DNA of 63,413 nt, counting the filler, from Octopus bimaculoides (Eukaryota), in assembly GCF_001194135.2 (NCBI RefSeq). It is 6 parts of 5 records of this genome, joined end to end, with 100 filler letters (N's around TTAATTAATTAA, not from the genome) between each part and the next. Parts side by side here need not be neighbours in the genome. Positions count along the whole stretch, not along the records: positions 15,000 to 30,525 come from NC_068996.1; positions 30,626 to 50,892 come from NC_068994.1; 4 more parts are not named here. One strand, given 5' to 3'. Positions 26,587 to 38,860 of this stretch are shown here, one piece after another; positions within the stretch are counted from its first letter, which is position 1; every line of letters starts with the position of its first letter. The notes under the pieces were generated by a model. That model was not told the DNA's origin. It saw only the letters and a list, made by a program, of their open reading frames with translations, and ran no database searches. The position numbers and the translations under genes are program-made.

Positions 26587-27539
26587 GTTTACCTAACACA
26601 AAGGTAGGGCATGATAGAACAGGATTTATAATCAAAGATATTCCAGCTTTGACCAATCTCATCTTTCATTCAACCATAATATATCTTGGACTACATCATC
26701 CAATGTAGGCTTTCTTTGTCAAAATTGACTTTGGTTAAACAAGAACAAACGACAGAGTAGACCTATGGTTAGAAACATTTCTGCTGTGATCAGCCTATCT
26801 TTCATTCAACTGTAATATATCTTGGATTGCATTATCCAATATAAGCTTTCTTTGTTGCTCTTTAGCTCATCATTGACTCAGAGATATTATCAAAGGCATT
26901 TCATTTATGACCATCCTCATCATCATCATTGTTTAACGTCCACTTTCCATGCTAGCATGGGTTGGACGATTTAACTGAGGACTGGTGAAACCAGATGGCT
27001 ACACCAGGCTCCAATCTGTATTTTATTAAACTATGATGTATCCAGAACATCACTTAATGTAGCCTTTATTGTTTTTAACCGCGATCTGGCCTGATTGATC
27101 AGATCACTCGGCAGTTCAAAGACACTCCAACTTTTTTTCTTTTTTTATAGATATATCTAAGAATTAACTATCCAATGTGTGTCCTTTTTAAAGATGTTGG
27201 TGTGATTTCAAGCCTACTTGGGTGTTATTTCTAACTATAAATAAACTCACCACTTTTGGCCCACTCGTTAATGGCATTATCATTAACCAAAAATGATAGA
27301 CTGGTAGAAACTATAGGAAAGTACTTAATTAACTTTTTAATTTCTGCTATACCCCTTAGCACTAGTGTCCATAATACTTATTTCTCTAAGTACCAGTTGT
27401 ATCTTTTCTTTCTTTAGATGCTATGACAAGAATGTATGACAAAGGTGATCATGTCCTGCCAAAATTCTGTTCTTTGTCTTCTGTAACAGTTCCACTTCCT
27501 GGTGTCTATCTCTTTCTTCCAACCAATTCATCAAGCTTG

Positions 27540-27735
27540 ACATCTGCATCATCCTTTTCCTTCCTCTGCTTCTTTTTCTTTCAATCTTTCAGGTCATTGA
27601 TAAATTCTCCAGGCACTCTTTCCTCATCACGTGATCAAGAAATGTTACTTGGCCCTTATCTCACAAAGCAGTTTCTTATTTACCGCAGCCTGTGTCATCA
27701 CTTCTTCATTACGCACTTTGTCTATGGTATACCTA
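27540..27735 (-). mobile_element. RTE-clade LINE ORF C-terminal remnant
   Basis: DKVRNEEVMTQA...LLCEIR..FLDHVMRKECLENLSMT*KIERKRSRGRKR matches the RTE xxVxNEEVL..FLGHVMR..GKRxRGR motif. Confidence 0.8.
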
Positions 27736-28029
27736 TGTTTTCCTTAAGAACCAGTTGCACACCGTCTCAATTAAATCAACCATACCCTCATCATAATTTA
27801 ATGTCCAGCTTCCATACTGGCATAGACTGGCCAGTTTGAAAAGATCTGAAAGTAGCAGGGCTGTGTAATATACAATACCTATTTGGATATGAGTTCTTTG
27901 GTTTGATGCTCTTTCTAATGCCAACCACTTTAGTCTGTATTGGGTGCTTTATTTTATTTTTTTAGTTTTTTTTTTCATAGCACCAATGCTAGTGATGATC
28001 ACCATTGATATTTTGCATATTTGAAAGGT

Positions 28030-28240
28030 AGCAAGCTGACAGAATCACTAATGTACTGGGTAAAATGCCTTGTGGTATTTCATCCCTCCATATGTTCTGA
28101 GTTCATATTCTCTTGAGGTTGACTTTACCTTTCATCCTTTTTGGGTCCATAAAAGAAGTACCGGCTCAACACTGGGGCTGATGTAATTGACGACCCTCTT
28201 CCTAAAATTTCAGGACTTGTCCCTATTATAGAAAGGGATT
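28030..28240 (+). mobile_element. SINE family B
   Basis: GCAAGCTGACAGAATC...CTGAGTTCATATTC...CCTTTCATCCTTT...CACTGGGGCTGATGTAATTGAC. Confidence 0.78.
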
Positions 28241-29089
28241 TTGTGCATGTTTAACAAAAGGAGTGTCTTGGCTTAACAGAATCAGTAGAGTTTTGGCAAC
28301 ACCAAAAATATTTTGAGGTATTCAGTTGTCTTTAAACACTTTGACCTTGTCATGCTGTGTTCCCAGTATAGCCAAAATGTAATCTCCACTGGATTCTCAT
28401 TAAAATGGTAATGAACAGCACATGTAGAAAAAGACGAAATACTAGAATTAGACAACTGATCGTGTTGCAGCTTTGTAATCATTTGACTCAAATATGGCAG
28501 CTGAGAGATAAGTCTATTATTGTTATTCTCCTGAATTTCTTTGTTATTCTGTCCATTAGTTTACCTGCAGTCATTACTCTTAAGTTGTGTATGCAACTTT
28601 TTATTTTTGCACAGGAGCCCAGGTGGAGGGTAAAGTTTGACACAGGGGCCCAGATATTAGAAGGTTAAGTTTAAACCTCACCAAGGTCAACTTTGCATTT
28701 TATCTTTTAAGGAACAGTTAGGTCGCAGTTAAGTACTGAGTTTGATATAGTCCACTGCAGAGGTTCTCAGCCATTTTCTACCTGTAGATCCCACCTATAA
28801 CCATTTGATGTTTAAAAACTAGTTTCATAGATGCTTCCTTCAAAATCTCTATTTGTTTTTCACACATTCACTTGGTGAGTTCTATTATAAACCTACACAA
28901 GAGAACATATATCAGTGGCTGGAAATATGTTGAACTACGTAAAATGTTAAAGAAACCTAGCTGTTTCTTGCTATATATACCAATATATACATCAAAAGCA
29001 GGGGTTCTCAACCATTTTTTATCTATGGACCTTTTTGATTATTATTTTCCCTGCATTAACTTGTGTAGCTTGATGTTAGAGAAATAAAA

Positions 29090-29385
29090 CTAGCTATGTC
29101 TTGCAGTAGTACCAATACAAACATCTGGTAGCATGTGGAAAGCTCCTTTTGAGCATTGGGCCTCACGGAAGCAAAGTGGCTGAGTTCCTTTCGAGTGCTG
29201 GGCCTCATGGAGGCAATGACCGAGGCCTTTGGCATTATGTTGTACTTGAGAAGGTGACCCATCAAGCCAAGTAAAATTGCAGTCTTGGTAGATACCAGTC
29301 GCATGTAAAAGCACCCATTACACTCTTGGAGTGGTAGGTGTTAGGAAGGGCATCCAGCCATAGAAAACCATGCCACTACTGTGGA
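29090..29385 (+). mobile_element. RTE-type 3'-end repeat (same family as 22768-23095)
   Basis: GCATGTAAAAGCACC...GTTAGGAAGGGCATCCAGCCATAGAAAACCATGCCA. Confidence 0.7.
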
Positions 29386-29959
29386 TCTCCAATTTACTGT
29401 TTTGCTTGTGTGACACCCGCCAAAATCTTATATGGACCCATAGGCATCGTATGGCTTCCAATTCAGAACTACTTATCTAGTATATCTGTCCACAACCAAA
29501 GAGAGAGGGAGAGGGAGGGGGAGGGAGAGAGAGAGGGAGGGAGGAAAAAAAAGGGATCGGAAGTAGGGTGGTTTGTGTTGGAATCAAAATGTGGTTCCGG
29601 TGAAAAGTGCTCACAACTATATTCTCTTCTCACCGAAATATTATAGTCTGGTATTTATGTTAGAAGTTCAAAGTTTTGAAATGTGATACTGGAGAAATTA
29701 GCTCATGCTAATTTATTATTTAGTAGTTGCTTATCCAGAAACACTGAAAGATAATCTTTGAGGTTTCTACTTTTTTTTTTTTTTTTTTTTTTTTTNNNNN
29801 NNNNNTTTTTTAGTGGTCTCAGTGATTGAACTGTGGTCATAATGGAGCATCAATTTCAAGGGATTTTTAATCAACTGTATCACTGTTAGTACTCATTTCA
29901 GTTTGATACTTGATTTAGTAATCTATACTTTATCCAATAATGAAGGTTATCCTTTTGAT

Positions 29960-30148
29960 AGACATTCTATCTTTTCGCTTGTTTGTCATTGGACTGCGAC
30001 CATGCTGGAGTACTACCTTGAAATGGCTTGGTTAAACAACTTTATGGCTTATTTTTAAAGTGTGGTACTTATTCTAACCATCGCTTTTGCTGCACTGCTA
30101 ACTTAGGTGAACATAACCAAACCATCACCGGTTGGTTTGGAGACTGGT

Positions 30149-30234
<86 letters not shown>

Positions 30235-30473
30235 TCTTTTACTTGTTTGTCATTTGACTGCGGCCATGCTGGAGAGCTGCCCTGAAGAATTTTAGGTGAA
30301 CAGATCAATCCCAGGACTTATTTTTTAAACCCTAGTACTTATTCTATCAGTATCTTCTGCCAAACTGCTAGGTTACAGGGTTGTAAACACACCAACATCG
30401 GTTGTCAAGTGGTGATCGGGTGACAAATATAAGCACATACAGATATATATATATATATATATATAATATACAG

Positions 30474-30513
<40 letters not shown>

Positions 30514-30625
30514 CAGATATATATANNNNNNNNNNNNNNNNNNNNNNNNNNNNNNNNNNNNNNNNNNNNTTAATTAATTAANNNNNNNNNNNNNNNNNNN
30601 NNNNNNNNNNNNNNNNNNNNNNNNN

Positions 30626-30674
<49 letters not shown>

Positions 30675-31081
30675 GGTGCAGGAGTGGGTGTATGGTAAGT
30701 AGCTTGTGTACCAAGCACATAGTTCTGGGTTCATTCCTACTGTGTGGCACCTTGGGCAACTGTCTTCTTCTATAGCCTTGGGCCGACCAAATCCTTGTGA
30801 GTGAATTTGGTAGATGGAAACTGAAAGAAGCCTGTCGTATATATGTATATATATATATATGTATGTGTGTGCATATGTTTGTGTGCTTATGTTTGTCCCC
30901 ACAAGCATTGCTTGACAACTGATGGTGGTGTGTTTACATCCCTGTAACCTAGCGATTCGGCCAAAGAGACCGATAGAATATGTACTAGGCCTACAAGGAA
31001 TAAGTCCTACGGTCAATTTGCTCAACTAAAGGCGGTGCTCCAGCATGGCCACAATGAAATGACTGAAACAAGTAAAAGAGT

Positions 31082-31112
<31 letters not shown>

Positions 31113-31345
31113 TAGATATATATATATATATATATATGCATATACATGAAAATATATACATGCGCATTTGTGTGTGTGTGTATCCTTCTACTAAATTCAA
31201 TCATAAGGCTTTGGTTGGCCGAGGCTATAGCAGAAGACACCTGCTGAAGGTGCCATGCAGTGGCACCTTGGACAAGTGTATTCTGCTATAGCCTCGAAAC
31301 CATGTGGCTGAGAAGTAATCTTCCTAACTACACAGCCATGCTTAC
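29960..31345. mobile_element. SINE family A cluster (- ~29960-30140, - ~30235-30440, + ~30675-31080, - ~31185-31345); spans a joining pad
   Basis: Family-A motifs; the + copy runs from GGAGTGGGTGTATGGTAAGTAGC to GACTGAAACAAGTAAAAGAG. Confidence 0.85.
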
Positions 31346-31380
31346 ACCTATATATGTATGTATATATATATATAATATAA

Positions 31381-31492
31381 TATATGACAATTAGTCGGTT
31401 GCCATAATAAAACTCAGAGATGCCGGAGCAGAATTCTGCCTCGACATCTGAAACTCTGAGTTTTATTATGGCAACCAACTAATTGTCACATA
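31381..31492. mobile_element. Fold-back MITE-like element with 35-bp inverted arms
   Basis: 31385-31419 and 31454-31488 are reverse complements at 34/35; central palindrome GCAGAATTCTGC. Confidence 0.8.
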
Positions 31493-31980
31493 GTATATTA
31501 TAGATAAATTCCTCGATTTACATAATATCGAGGTCTCATTCATTCTTTTGTTGTCGTATTATTAATATTATTATTAATATATATATATATATATATANNN
31601 NNNNNNNNNNNNNNNNNNNNNNNNNNNNNNNNNNNNNNNNNNNNNNNNNNNNNNNNATAATAATAATAATAATAATAATAGAATAGAATTGATTTTCGAT
31701 AGTTTTAATCGATTTTAATTGATTTAAATTTTCTTTCTATTTGAAAATTGGTTATGAAACACGTGTAGTCGTTTTATTATCTTTATCTTATGATATTTAC
31801 TTTGTAGTATATTGTACTTATTTATTGTGCTTTTGCTTATGAATTTTTCTATATGTGACAGTGGATTTTCATCGATGAGTTCATGAACTTTGGTTCTTTT
31901 CCCTAAATAAGGAGTTCCCCTCCACAGATTCGACATTTAGCAATAGCGAGAGGGGTGAATGACTACATAATCGTTAAGCT

Positions 31981-32445
31981 TTGGAAGACCTAACCTTTAT
32001 CCTGAATTCTCTTGAACTCAACCTCATAGCAGAAACTTACCCGAAAGTAGTTGATTTCCTCAATCGACTAAACTTAGACACTGGTGCTTTTAGGCCTTCT
32101 ATGACAGTGAATGAGAGACTGACATATATTAATACAGCTTTCTGCTATCCAGTCATAGTGTTCGAGAACCTAGTTAAGGAGGTCGGCAAGAGAATCTCCA
32201 GTTTGACTTCGAGGAAAAGGATTTTCTACACCGCGATATCGTACTACAATGAGACATTGGCTGCTAGCAGTTATAAGGATTAGGATACAGGCCCGACCTT
32301 AAACCCACCAAAATAAAATGTCACCGGCAAGTTTTGTGATTCACTCCGCTTCTTCCTGAACATAAAAAATTGTGTAGGTAGGACCTTCCTTAGTTTTATC
32401 GATAAACACTTCCCCCAAACACACAGGTATAGTAAATGGACAAAC
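31981..32445 (+). mobile_element. Penelope-like element, RT C-terminal/thumb fragment
   Basis: VVDFLNRLNLDTGAFRP...YIN...VFENLVKEVGKRISSLTS..IFYTAISYYNETL, then FFLNIKNCVGRTFLSFIDKHFP. Parallels 35250-35640. Confidence 0.82.
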
Positions 32446-33078
32446 CTTGAAAGCTTCTGTTCTCTCAGTATATAGAAAATTTTAGTGAGTAGGTACATAC
32501 TTGAAACAGGAGAAGGATGCTTATACAGAGGCAATACAACAGGACGTTTCGCGTTCCTGATTCTTCTGCACCTACTAACTAGATCTGATACTTTCTGACC
32601 TCCTGTGGCAAAGAGCTGACACCATACTTTTCATACCAGCTTTACAGATGAGTGCTGAAACTGGTTTTCCCAAACTCTCAAGTACAAAACAGATTGATAA
32701 TATCGGCTGAAAGATATATAAGATATATTGCATTATATATCTAAGAGCGTTGTAGTTCACTGGAAGCATTGTAGTACAGAAGTAGAAAACGAAGAGGAGA
32801 ACTAAGAAAGCTTCTAATGACGCAGCAAGTTAAAAAAAAAAACTTCTATATTTTAGGCGCAAAAGCCTATCGTCAGAAAGAAGTAGTCAAAGGTATGTGT
32901 ATTTACATATATTTCCTTATTGTAAACTACTAGACGTTTGGGTTAGTAGCAGCAAATCTCCAACAGTTGGTCGTGGTTGTTGTAAGGATTTTCACGTGGT
33001 GGTGGAGGTGGTGAAAGATGGTGTTAGTGGCGTAAGTTAGTAGTAGTCGTTGTGATGTATTCACAGGAGCCACCAGCC

Positions 33079-33334
33079 CATCTCCGATCGACTATTAGTA
33101 TTCGAATTGAGGCGGTGGATCAATATAACTTCTTTGATACGAAGATTTCATGCGCTCCTCTCCGAGGCTAGTATGGAAGCGTTATCCCTTCGGTGGTGTT
33201 GCTGCATTCGTTAAGTGTTTGTAGAAAGACGACGCCTCGATAGTGAAGCGCTCCTTCATTCGGACGTGGAGTGGTCGGACTGTACTATCAATGTTATAGT
33301 CGTAACATTTGGAGTACCGTGTCTGGTATATTAC
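33079..33334 (-). mobile_element. Penelope-like GIY-YIG endonuclease fragment (second, Penelope/Poseidon-type lineage)
   Basis: VIYQTRYSKCYDYNIDSTVRPLHVRMKE...SSFYKHL, then ILASERSA*NLRIKEVILIH...NSRSE. Confidence 0.7.
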
Positions 33335-34170
33335 GTATGTATGTATGTATGTATGTATGCATGTATGTATGTATGTATGTATGTATGTATGTATTACATT
33401 TGAAAACAGAGTCATAGACATCAATATTCATTCCGAGACATCAGAAAGATCATAAATGCAAAAAAAAGAAACAAAAAAGCTTTTGAAATACCTTGGTCAA
33501 ATGAAAGAGGATCATGGAAAAATAGCACCTAATATGAAATTAACGAAACTCTACTAAAAAAAAAATCATCATAAAGTATAGCTTTCTTGTGATCTTTTGA
33601 AGTGGTTCTCTTCCCGATAAATTTACAAACCTTACAAATAGAGAACAAATTATTGAAATTTGTCATTACCCATTTTGCCCCATTTCATACATCGATTTTG
33701 AAAATTATTAAATTAGACATAAGTATGGAATTCAAAAGAGAAAAGATTATTGATTGTTAAACACCAAAACTTATCCAGATATTTTATTAGCAATCTCAAT
33801 TACAATCAGGTCAAAGTTCACCTGAATATGTTTCAAACTCTCTCAACCTCAATAGCAATAACAATGCTTACAAATTTTTACTCTTAAAAATGGTGCAACA
33901 ATGCAAAATGACGATGCAATACTTGCAATGTAATGATTTAAAACAGGTAGGGGGCAAAACGAGAAATAACGGAAATCAGAACTTACTCATTTTAGTCCGG
34001 TTACTAATTATGCCCCACCCTACTCTAAGTCGAACATCACCTACTAATTCTCTAAGGATTCCTTCTCTGTGAAGAATAAGTTAACAGATAACTTACATTG
34101 TTTTCGTGAAGAATGGAGTGACTTGGTAGGAAAGAGGAAAAGTTAAATGCATAGTTACGTTTGCAGAGGT

Positions 34171-34239
<69 letters not shown>

Positions 34240-34733
34240 GGAGGTTAGCATATGGTATTAGATTTAAACATTTGCACCTTCATATTATTATGATGGAAGT
34301 TTAAATCGGAATGATGTTACCACCTTTATAACATGTTTCCAGTGAATAAATGTCACTGAGTCGTGAAGGTTTATTAACAGAAATATGAAGAATGTATTGG
34401 CAGTCTGAAATACAATTCATGTCTGGTAATCCGAATGTAGAACTAAGAGTGTAGAAAAATTGGTGGTGTATGGATGTTTCGATTAATCTGTCCTCTTTAT
34501 ATCGTATATTATATATTTTATACATTATCATTCTAGACTTTACATGTTTTTTGGGGACTTCGAATTGAAATACGTTCTCGATGTGTTTCATGAAAGCTTT
34601 GATATGAGTCGAATTGCATGGCTGAAGATTTTATATCCGAAATTGGTGGAAAGTTTCTTGTAGAGTATATAAAACTAGACGGATGTTCCATTTAAATTTC
34701 TTTCCGGCTTCGTTTAAAATAGCCCGTTTTGCT

Positions 34734-35930
34734 TTACGTCAGTGCATTTGGACAAGGTTTAAGCACTTCACTCCTGTTATTCAGGTAAATATCCATACGT
34801 TGAGTACCCTTTAAAATTGCTCTCTTCTCCACCAAACACAACCTGCACTTCCTGCTGCTAATGAAGTACAGTTTGCATTTCTCCAGGATCTTCCATTTTA
34901 TGCTGTACTCTGTGACGCTTTCTTTCAAGAACCAAACGTGCTTGGCTAGGGTTGTGGCATTACATCTCTTTGGGATGTTGAAAGAGGACTTGTGGCTGCT
35001 AAAGCGGGTTCTGAAGGGATCTTCCATTGTCCCCACATACTTCGGCACGCTCGGTTACCTATAGGACCCATTGGGTCCTATGGTTGTTACCACTCCTTCG
35101 CATAAACTGTCTCCGTATTACAGTGGCCGTTCAGCAGACAAGTTGTGTTACCCCTGCATGAGTATCCTGTTTCTCCCTCGGGTGTAGGCCTACCTACTAA
35201 AATCTTTTTTCACACTAGGTGCACAGCTAAAGGATATTCTCTGGGTATGTCAATTAAATATTTTGTTGAATCTATTAAGACGGGGGAAGTGTTTATCAAC
35301 TAAACTAAGGAAAATCTCACCTACTCTGGTCTTAACGTTTAAAGAAAAGAGCAGCGTGAGCCACAACACATTCCGTTGGCACTTTCTTTTGGTGGAGATG
35401 GGGTCTGGCATGTAACTAATGCTATCGTTGAAACCACTGGCATTCAGAGCTCGGTTGCAGTGCGGGGCAGCAGCATTAAAAATATTTTTGTTTGAAGATA
35501 AGCTGAAGCTTTTCCTGTTGACGCCCTTAACCAGGTTCCTGAACACTATGGCTTCTCATTTGGTTTCCTAAAAGGCCTATAGGTACCGGATTCCAGGTCC
35601 AGGGTTACGTCAAGGAATTTTATGGATTTCGGGTTGGTCTCTAATGTAACCTTCAGTTCATGGTAATTGTGAGGTCCTTTCTGAGCCTATCTAGCGTGTG
35701 ACCGTTAGCTGGCACATCATCTTTATAGAAGCCAAAGTACGTTTGGCCCAAGCTGTGCCCTCATTGAAAAATAGGGTTCCTCTGGATAATGTGTACGTCC
35801 TCGTCGCACGTGATCTGATCAATAAGTATCCGGAATGTTGCCATAGAAACAAAGCTAAAGCACGCAGAGTGAAGCCGCTTGGCAAAGATTGATCTAAAAC
35901 TCTGCTGTGCCTGTGCACTAAGTTTTAACG
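34734..35930 (-). mobile_element. Penelope-like element: RT (YxDD to thumb), Cys-rich linker and GIY-YIG endonuclease; pseudogenised, internally deleted
   Basis: GFYKDD; KFLDVTLDLESGTYRPFRKPNE; SLSSNKNIFNAAAP..RKCQRNVLW..FSLNVKTRVGEIFLSLVDKHFP; RISFSCAPSVKKI; SCRGNTTCLLNGHC; YVGTMEDPFRTRFSSHKSSF...CRLCLVEK...LNNRSE. Tentatively Nematis-like. Confidence 0.92.
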
Positions 35931-35989
35931 TTCTAGCTCACTTCCGGTGCCTAGAAGCAAGGTGTGTAGCGTGTGATCGTCGCATTGAC

Positions 35990-36375
35990 CATGACAGAAA
36001 GGTGAGCAGAGAATCTGCAATAAATTTTGCCAAAATCTTGGCGATACCTGCTCAGAGGCCAACGTAAAGTTTTCAAAAAGTTTTCATCGTTCTCGATACA
36101 ATCAAGGAGATCTTGTGCAACTGAAACCCGCGTATCTTTTTGCTCAGCTGAAAGCAGTTTTGGCACAAACTTGGCAGACACGCGTCTCATACCCAAATCT
36201 TCAGTGATAATGGACTAAACTGAGCCATAACTAACCTGCACGCTCTCTTATTGCTCATGCATAGTGATTCGACGATTTCCCCTCACAGCTGCACGCACAT
36301 CTGCAATGTTCTCAGTTCTGCTGGTTGCGGGACTCCTAGAACGTTCATCAATATCGACATTTTGAGCTCGTTACT
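35990..36375. mobile_element. Mariner transposase remnant with an internal inversion
   Basis: + strand 35991-36068 reads EQRICNKFCQNLGDTCSEAN (N-terminus). - strand 36069-36375 reads VDIDERS..TSRTENIADV..NRRITM..SYGSV*SIITEDLGMRRVSAKFVPKLL..ENFLK. Confidence 0.88.
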
Positions 36376-36453
36376 CAATGTCAACAAAGGGGATTGTCTC
36401 GCCTTGGCTATCGATCGCCGACGATATCAACAAAGGTTGTTGTATCCCTTTGG

Positions 36454-36830
36454 CTACAGATCGCTGGTGGCCTTGTTATCTCGTGGGTTCCAATTGGCCA
36501 GCAGGTATTTGCTAAAATGTAAGCACGCTCCGAAGGCCTCCGTTCTGGAGTTCAGGATGTTCTCTGGGTCAAGGGAATCCATTGGAATCCTTGCTCGTTC
36601 CGCTATGCATAATTTTCAGCGGTTGGTCCCGTTAATGTAGGGGCCTGGATTCTCTAGGATTCTCCATGATATTGTATATGTAATCCCGTCTTCAACTTGC
36701 TGCCATATGTGGCTGGCTAATGACGTGACGAATTTCCTTTCCGGTATCCTGAAGGAAGATCTGTGGTTGTAAAAGCGTTGTTTGAACGAATTCCTGGAAC
36801 AACCGATGTATCTGTGGTAGGGTGTTGGCG
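36454..36830 (-). mobile_element. Penelope-like GIY-YIG endonuclease domain (further copy), one in-frame TGA
   Basis: YIGCSRNSFKQRFYNHRSSF..SLASHIW..YTISWRILE..TNR*KLCIAER..ILNSRTEAFGACLHFSKYLL..*. Confidence 0.9.
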
Positions 36831-37047
36831 GTGGTGTGTCTGTTGGTGTTGGCGTCGCTGCCGCTGTTGTTGCCGGGACTGGTGCTGGTGTTGGTGATGG
36901 CGCTGTTGGTGTTGGCGTTATTGGAGGTAGCGATGGTGGTGGTGCCGTCACTGCCGGTGTTGGTAAAGGTGCCGTTGTTGTTATTATGGTTATCGCCATT
37001 AATGGAGGCACTGTCATTGCTGCTAAACCGGCCCTATCTAACTTTAA

Positions 37048-37096
<49 letters not shown>

Positions 37097-38159
37097 NNNN
37101 NNNNNNNNNNNNNNNNNNNNNNNNNNNNNNNNNNNNNNNNNNNNNNNNNNNNNNNNNNNNNNNNNNNNNNNNNNNNNNNNNNNNNNNNNNNNNNNNNNNN
37201 NNNNNNNNNNNNNNNNNNNNNNNNNNNNNNNNNNNNNNNNNNNNNNNNNNNNNNNNNNNNNNNNNNNNNNNNNNNNNNNNNNNNNNNNNNNNNNNNNNNN
37301 NNNNNNNNNNNNNNNNNNNNNNNNNNNNNNNNNNNNNNNNNNNNNNNNNNNNNNNNNNNNNNNNNNNNNNNNNNNNNNNNNNNNNNNNNNNNNNNNNNNN
37401 NNNNNNNNNNNNNNNNNNNNNNNNNNNNNNNNNNNNNNNNNNNNNNNNNNNNNNNNNNNNNNNNNNNNNNNNNNNNNNNNNNNNNNNNNNNNNNNNNNNN
37501 NNNNNNNNNNNNNNNNNNNNNNNNNNNNNNNNNNNNNNNNNNNNNNNNNNNNNNNNNNNNNNNNNNNNNNNNNNNNNNNNNNNNNNNNNNNNNNNNNNNN
37601 NNNNNNNNNNNNNNNNNNNNNNNNNNNNNNNNNNNNNNNNNNNNNNNNNNNNNNNNNNNNNNNNNNNNNNNNNNNNNNNNNNNNNNNNNNNNNNNNNNNN
37701 NNNNNNNNNNNNNNNNNNNNNNNNNNNNNNNNNNNNNNNNNTTTTTTTTATTTTTGGTTGGTCTGTGACAGTCTGTCATGGTTCACTGGATTTTGGGACT
37801 GGTTTTGTGCACATCTCTATGTGTGTGTATATATGTGTGTTTGTGTCCGTGTGTGTGGGTGTGGGTGTGTGTGTGTGTGTGTGTGCGTGTGTGTGCGTGC
37901 GTGCGTGCATGCATGCATGCATGCATGTATGTGTTTGTGCATGTTTGTATGGAAAAAGATTTCTTGTCTTTCCTTAACGCGTAACTTTTGTAAGGGGAGG
38001 GAATTTATTATTCATGAAATCTAAGTAATAATATTACTGGATCTTACGTTATTGATCTCTGGAGGGATGAAAGGGGAACAAAAAATCAACTTCGGCATGA
38101 AAGGAACTTTAACAATTTTAAATCTTACTATTGACTGTGCTACCACAGTGAGTGTAACA

Positions 38160-38392
38160 GATTTAATCGACTCCAATAATTGACTGGTACCTTGGCGTTA
38201 TATGCTATCTAATACTGATTTCAAATTTTGGCTCAAGGCCAGCAATTTCGACCCCAGTGCACAACTTGTACTTAATTTATCGACCCGGAAAGTATGAAAG
38301 GTAAAGTCGACTTCGGTGGAATTTGAACTTAGAACGTAGGAACAGTGGAAATGCCGCTAAGCATTCTGCCAGCTCGATTCTGCCAGCTCGCT
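38160..38392 (-). mobile_element. SINE family B
   Basis: Reverse complement of GAGCTGGCAGAATC..GTTCTAAGTTCAAATTCCACCGAAGTCGACTTTACCTTTC..GGGTCGATAAATTAAGTAC. Confidence 0.82.
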
Positions 38393-38499
38393 ACCTACTA
38401 TTAATATTCTACATTAACGATGATGTTCTGCTTATATTGCCTAACTCACCCACCTACCCAAATCCATCCATCCGTCCATCAATCTGTCTATCTGTCTGA

Positions 38500-38860
38500 T
38501 AATACCAATAAAGTTTGAATTTCAAACTAGGTTTAGAATCCAACTTGCTGTCACTTCCCTTTATAGTGTCGCCAATGACCTTAAGAAAAGCAAGAAGGGC
38601 TCCCAATTATAATTTCATAAATCCCGTTATCATTCCGTGGAAGTTCGCAGTGTATATTTCTGTAAGTTCATTAGATGCATCTATAAACAAGTTGAGTATG
38701 AGGATAAATGAATGAATGTGGTTCTGAATCTAGCATGGGATCTTGTGAAATTTCTTCCAACAACTTGATGTATTTCAAATTTTCTCCACGTTATTTGAAC
38801 AAAAAATGTTTTGCATGCTGATGACGAAAATTGCATTAATTTTTTCTTGACGTTAATAAT
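38500..38860 (-). mobile_element. Possible decayed Chapaev-type remnant
   Basis: LFIDAS...YNW...LKVIG fragments, plus a GCATGCTGA subterminal motif resembling 2228-2243. Confidence 0.3.

Noticed and set aside
34622-34645. CTGAAGA...CGAAA next to the PLE 3' end
   Set aside because: It is antisense to the element, and I could not form stems II and III.
38818-38829. CTGATGACGAAA hammerhead-like core
   Set aside because: There is no room for stem II and no stems I/III. It resembles a DNA-transposon subterminal GCATGCTGA motif.
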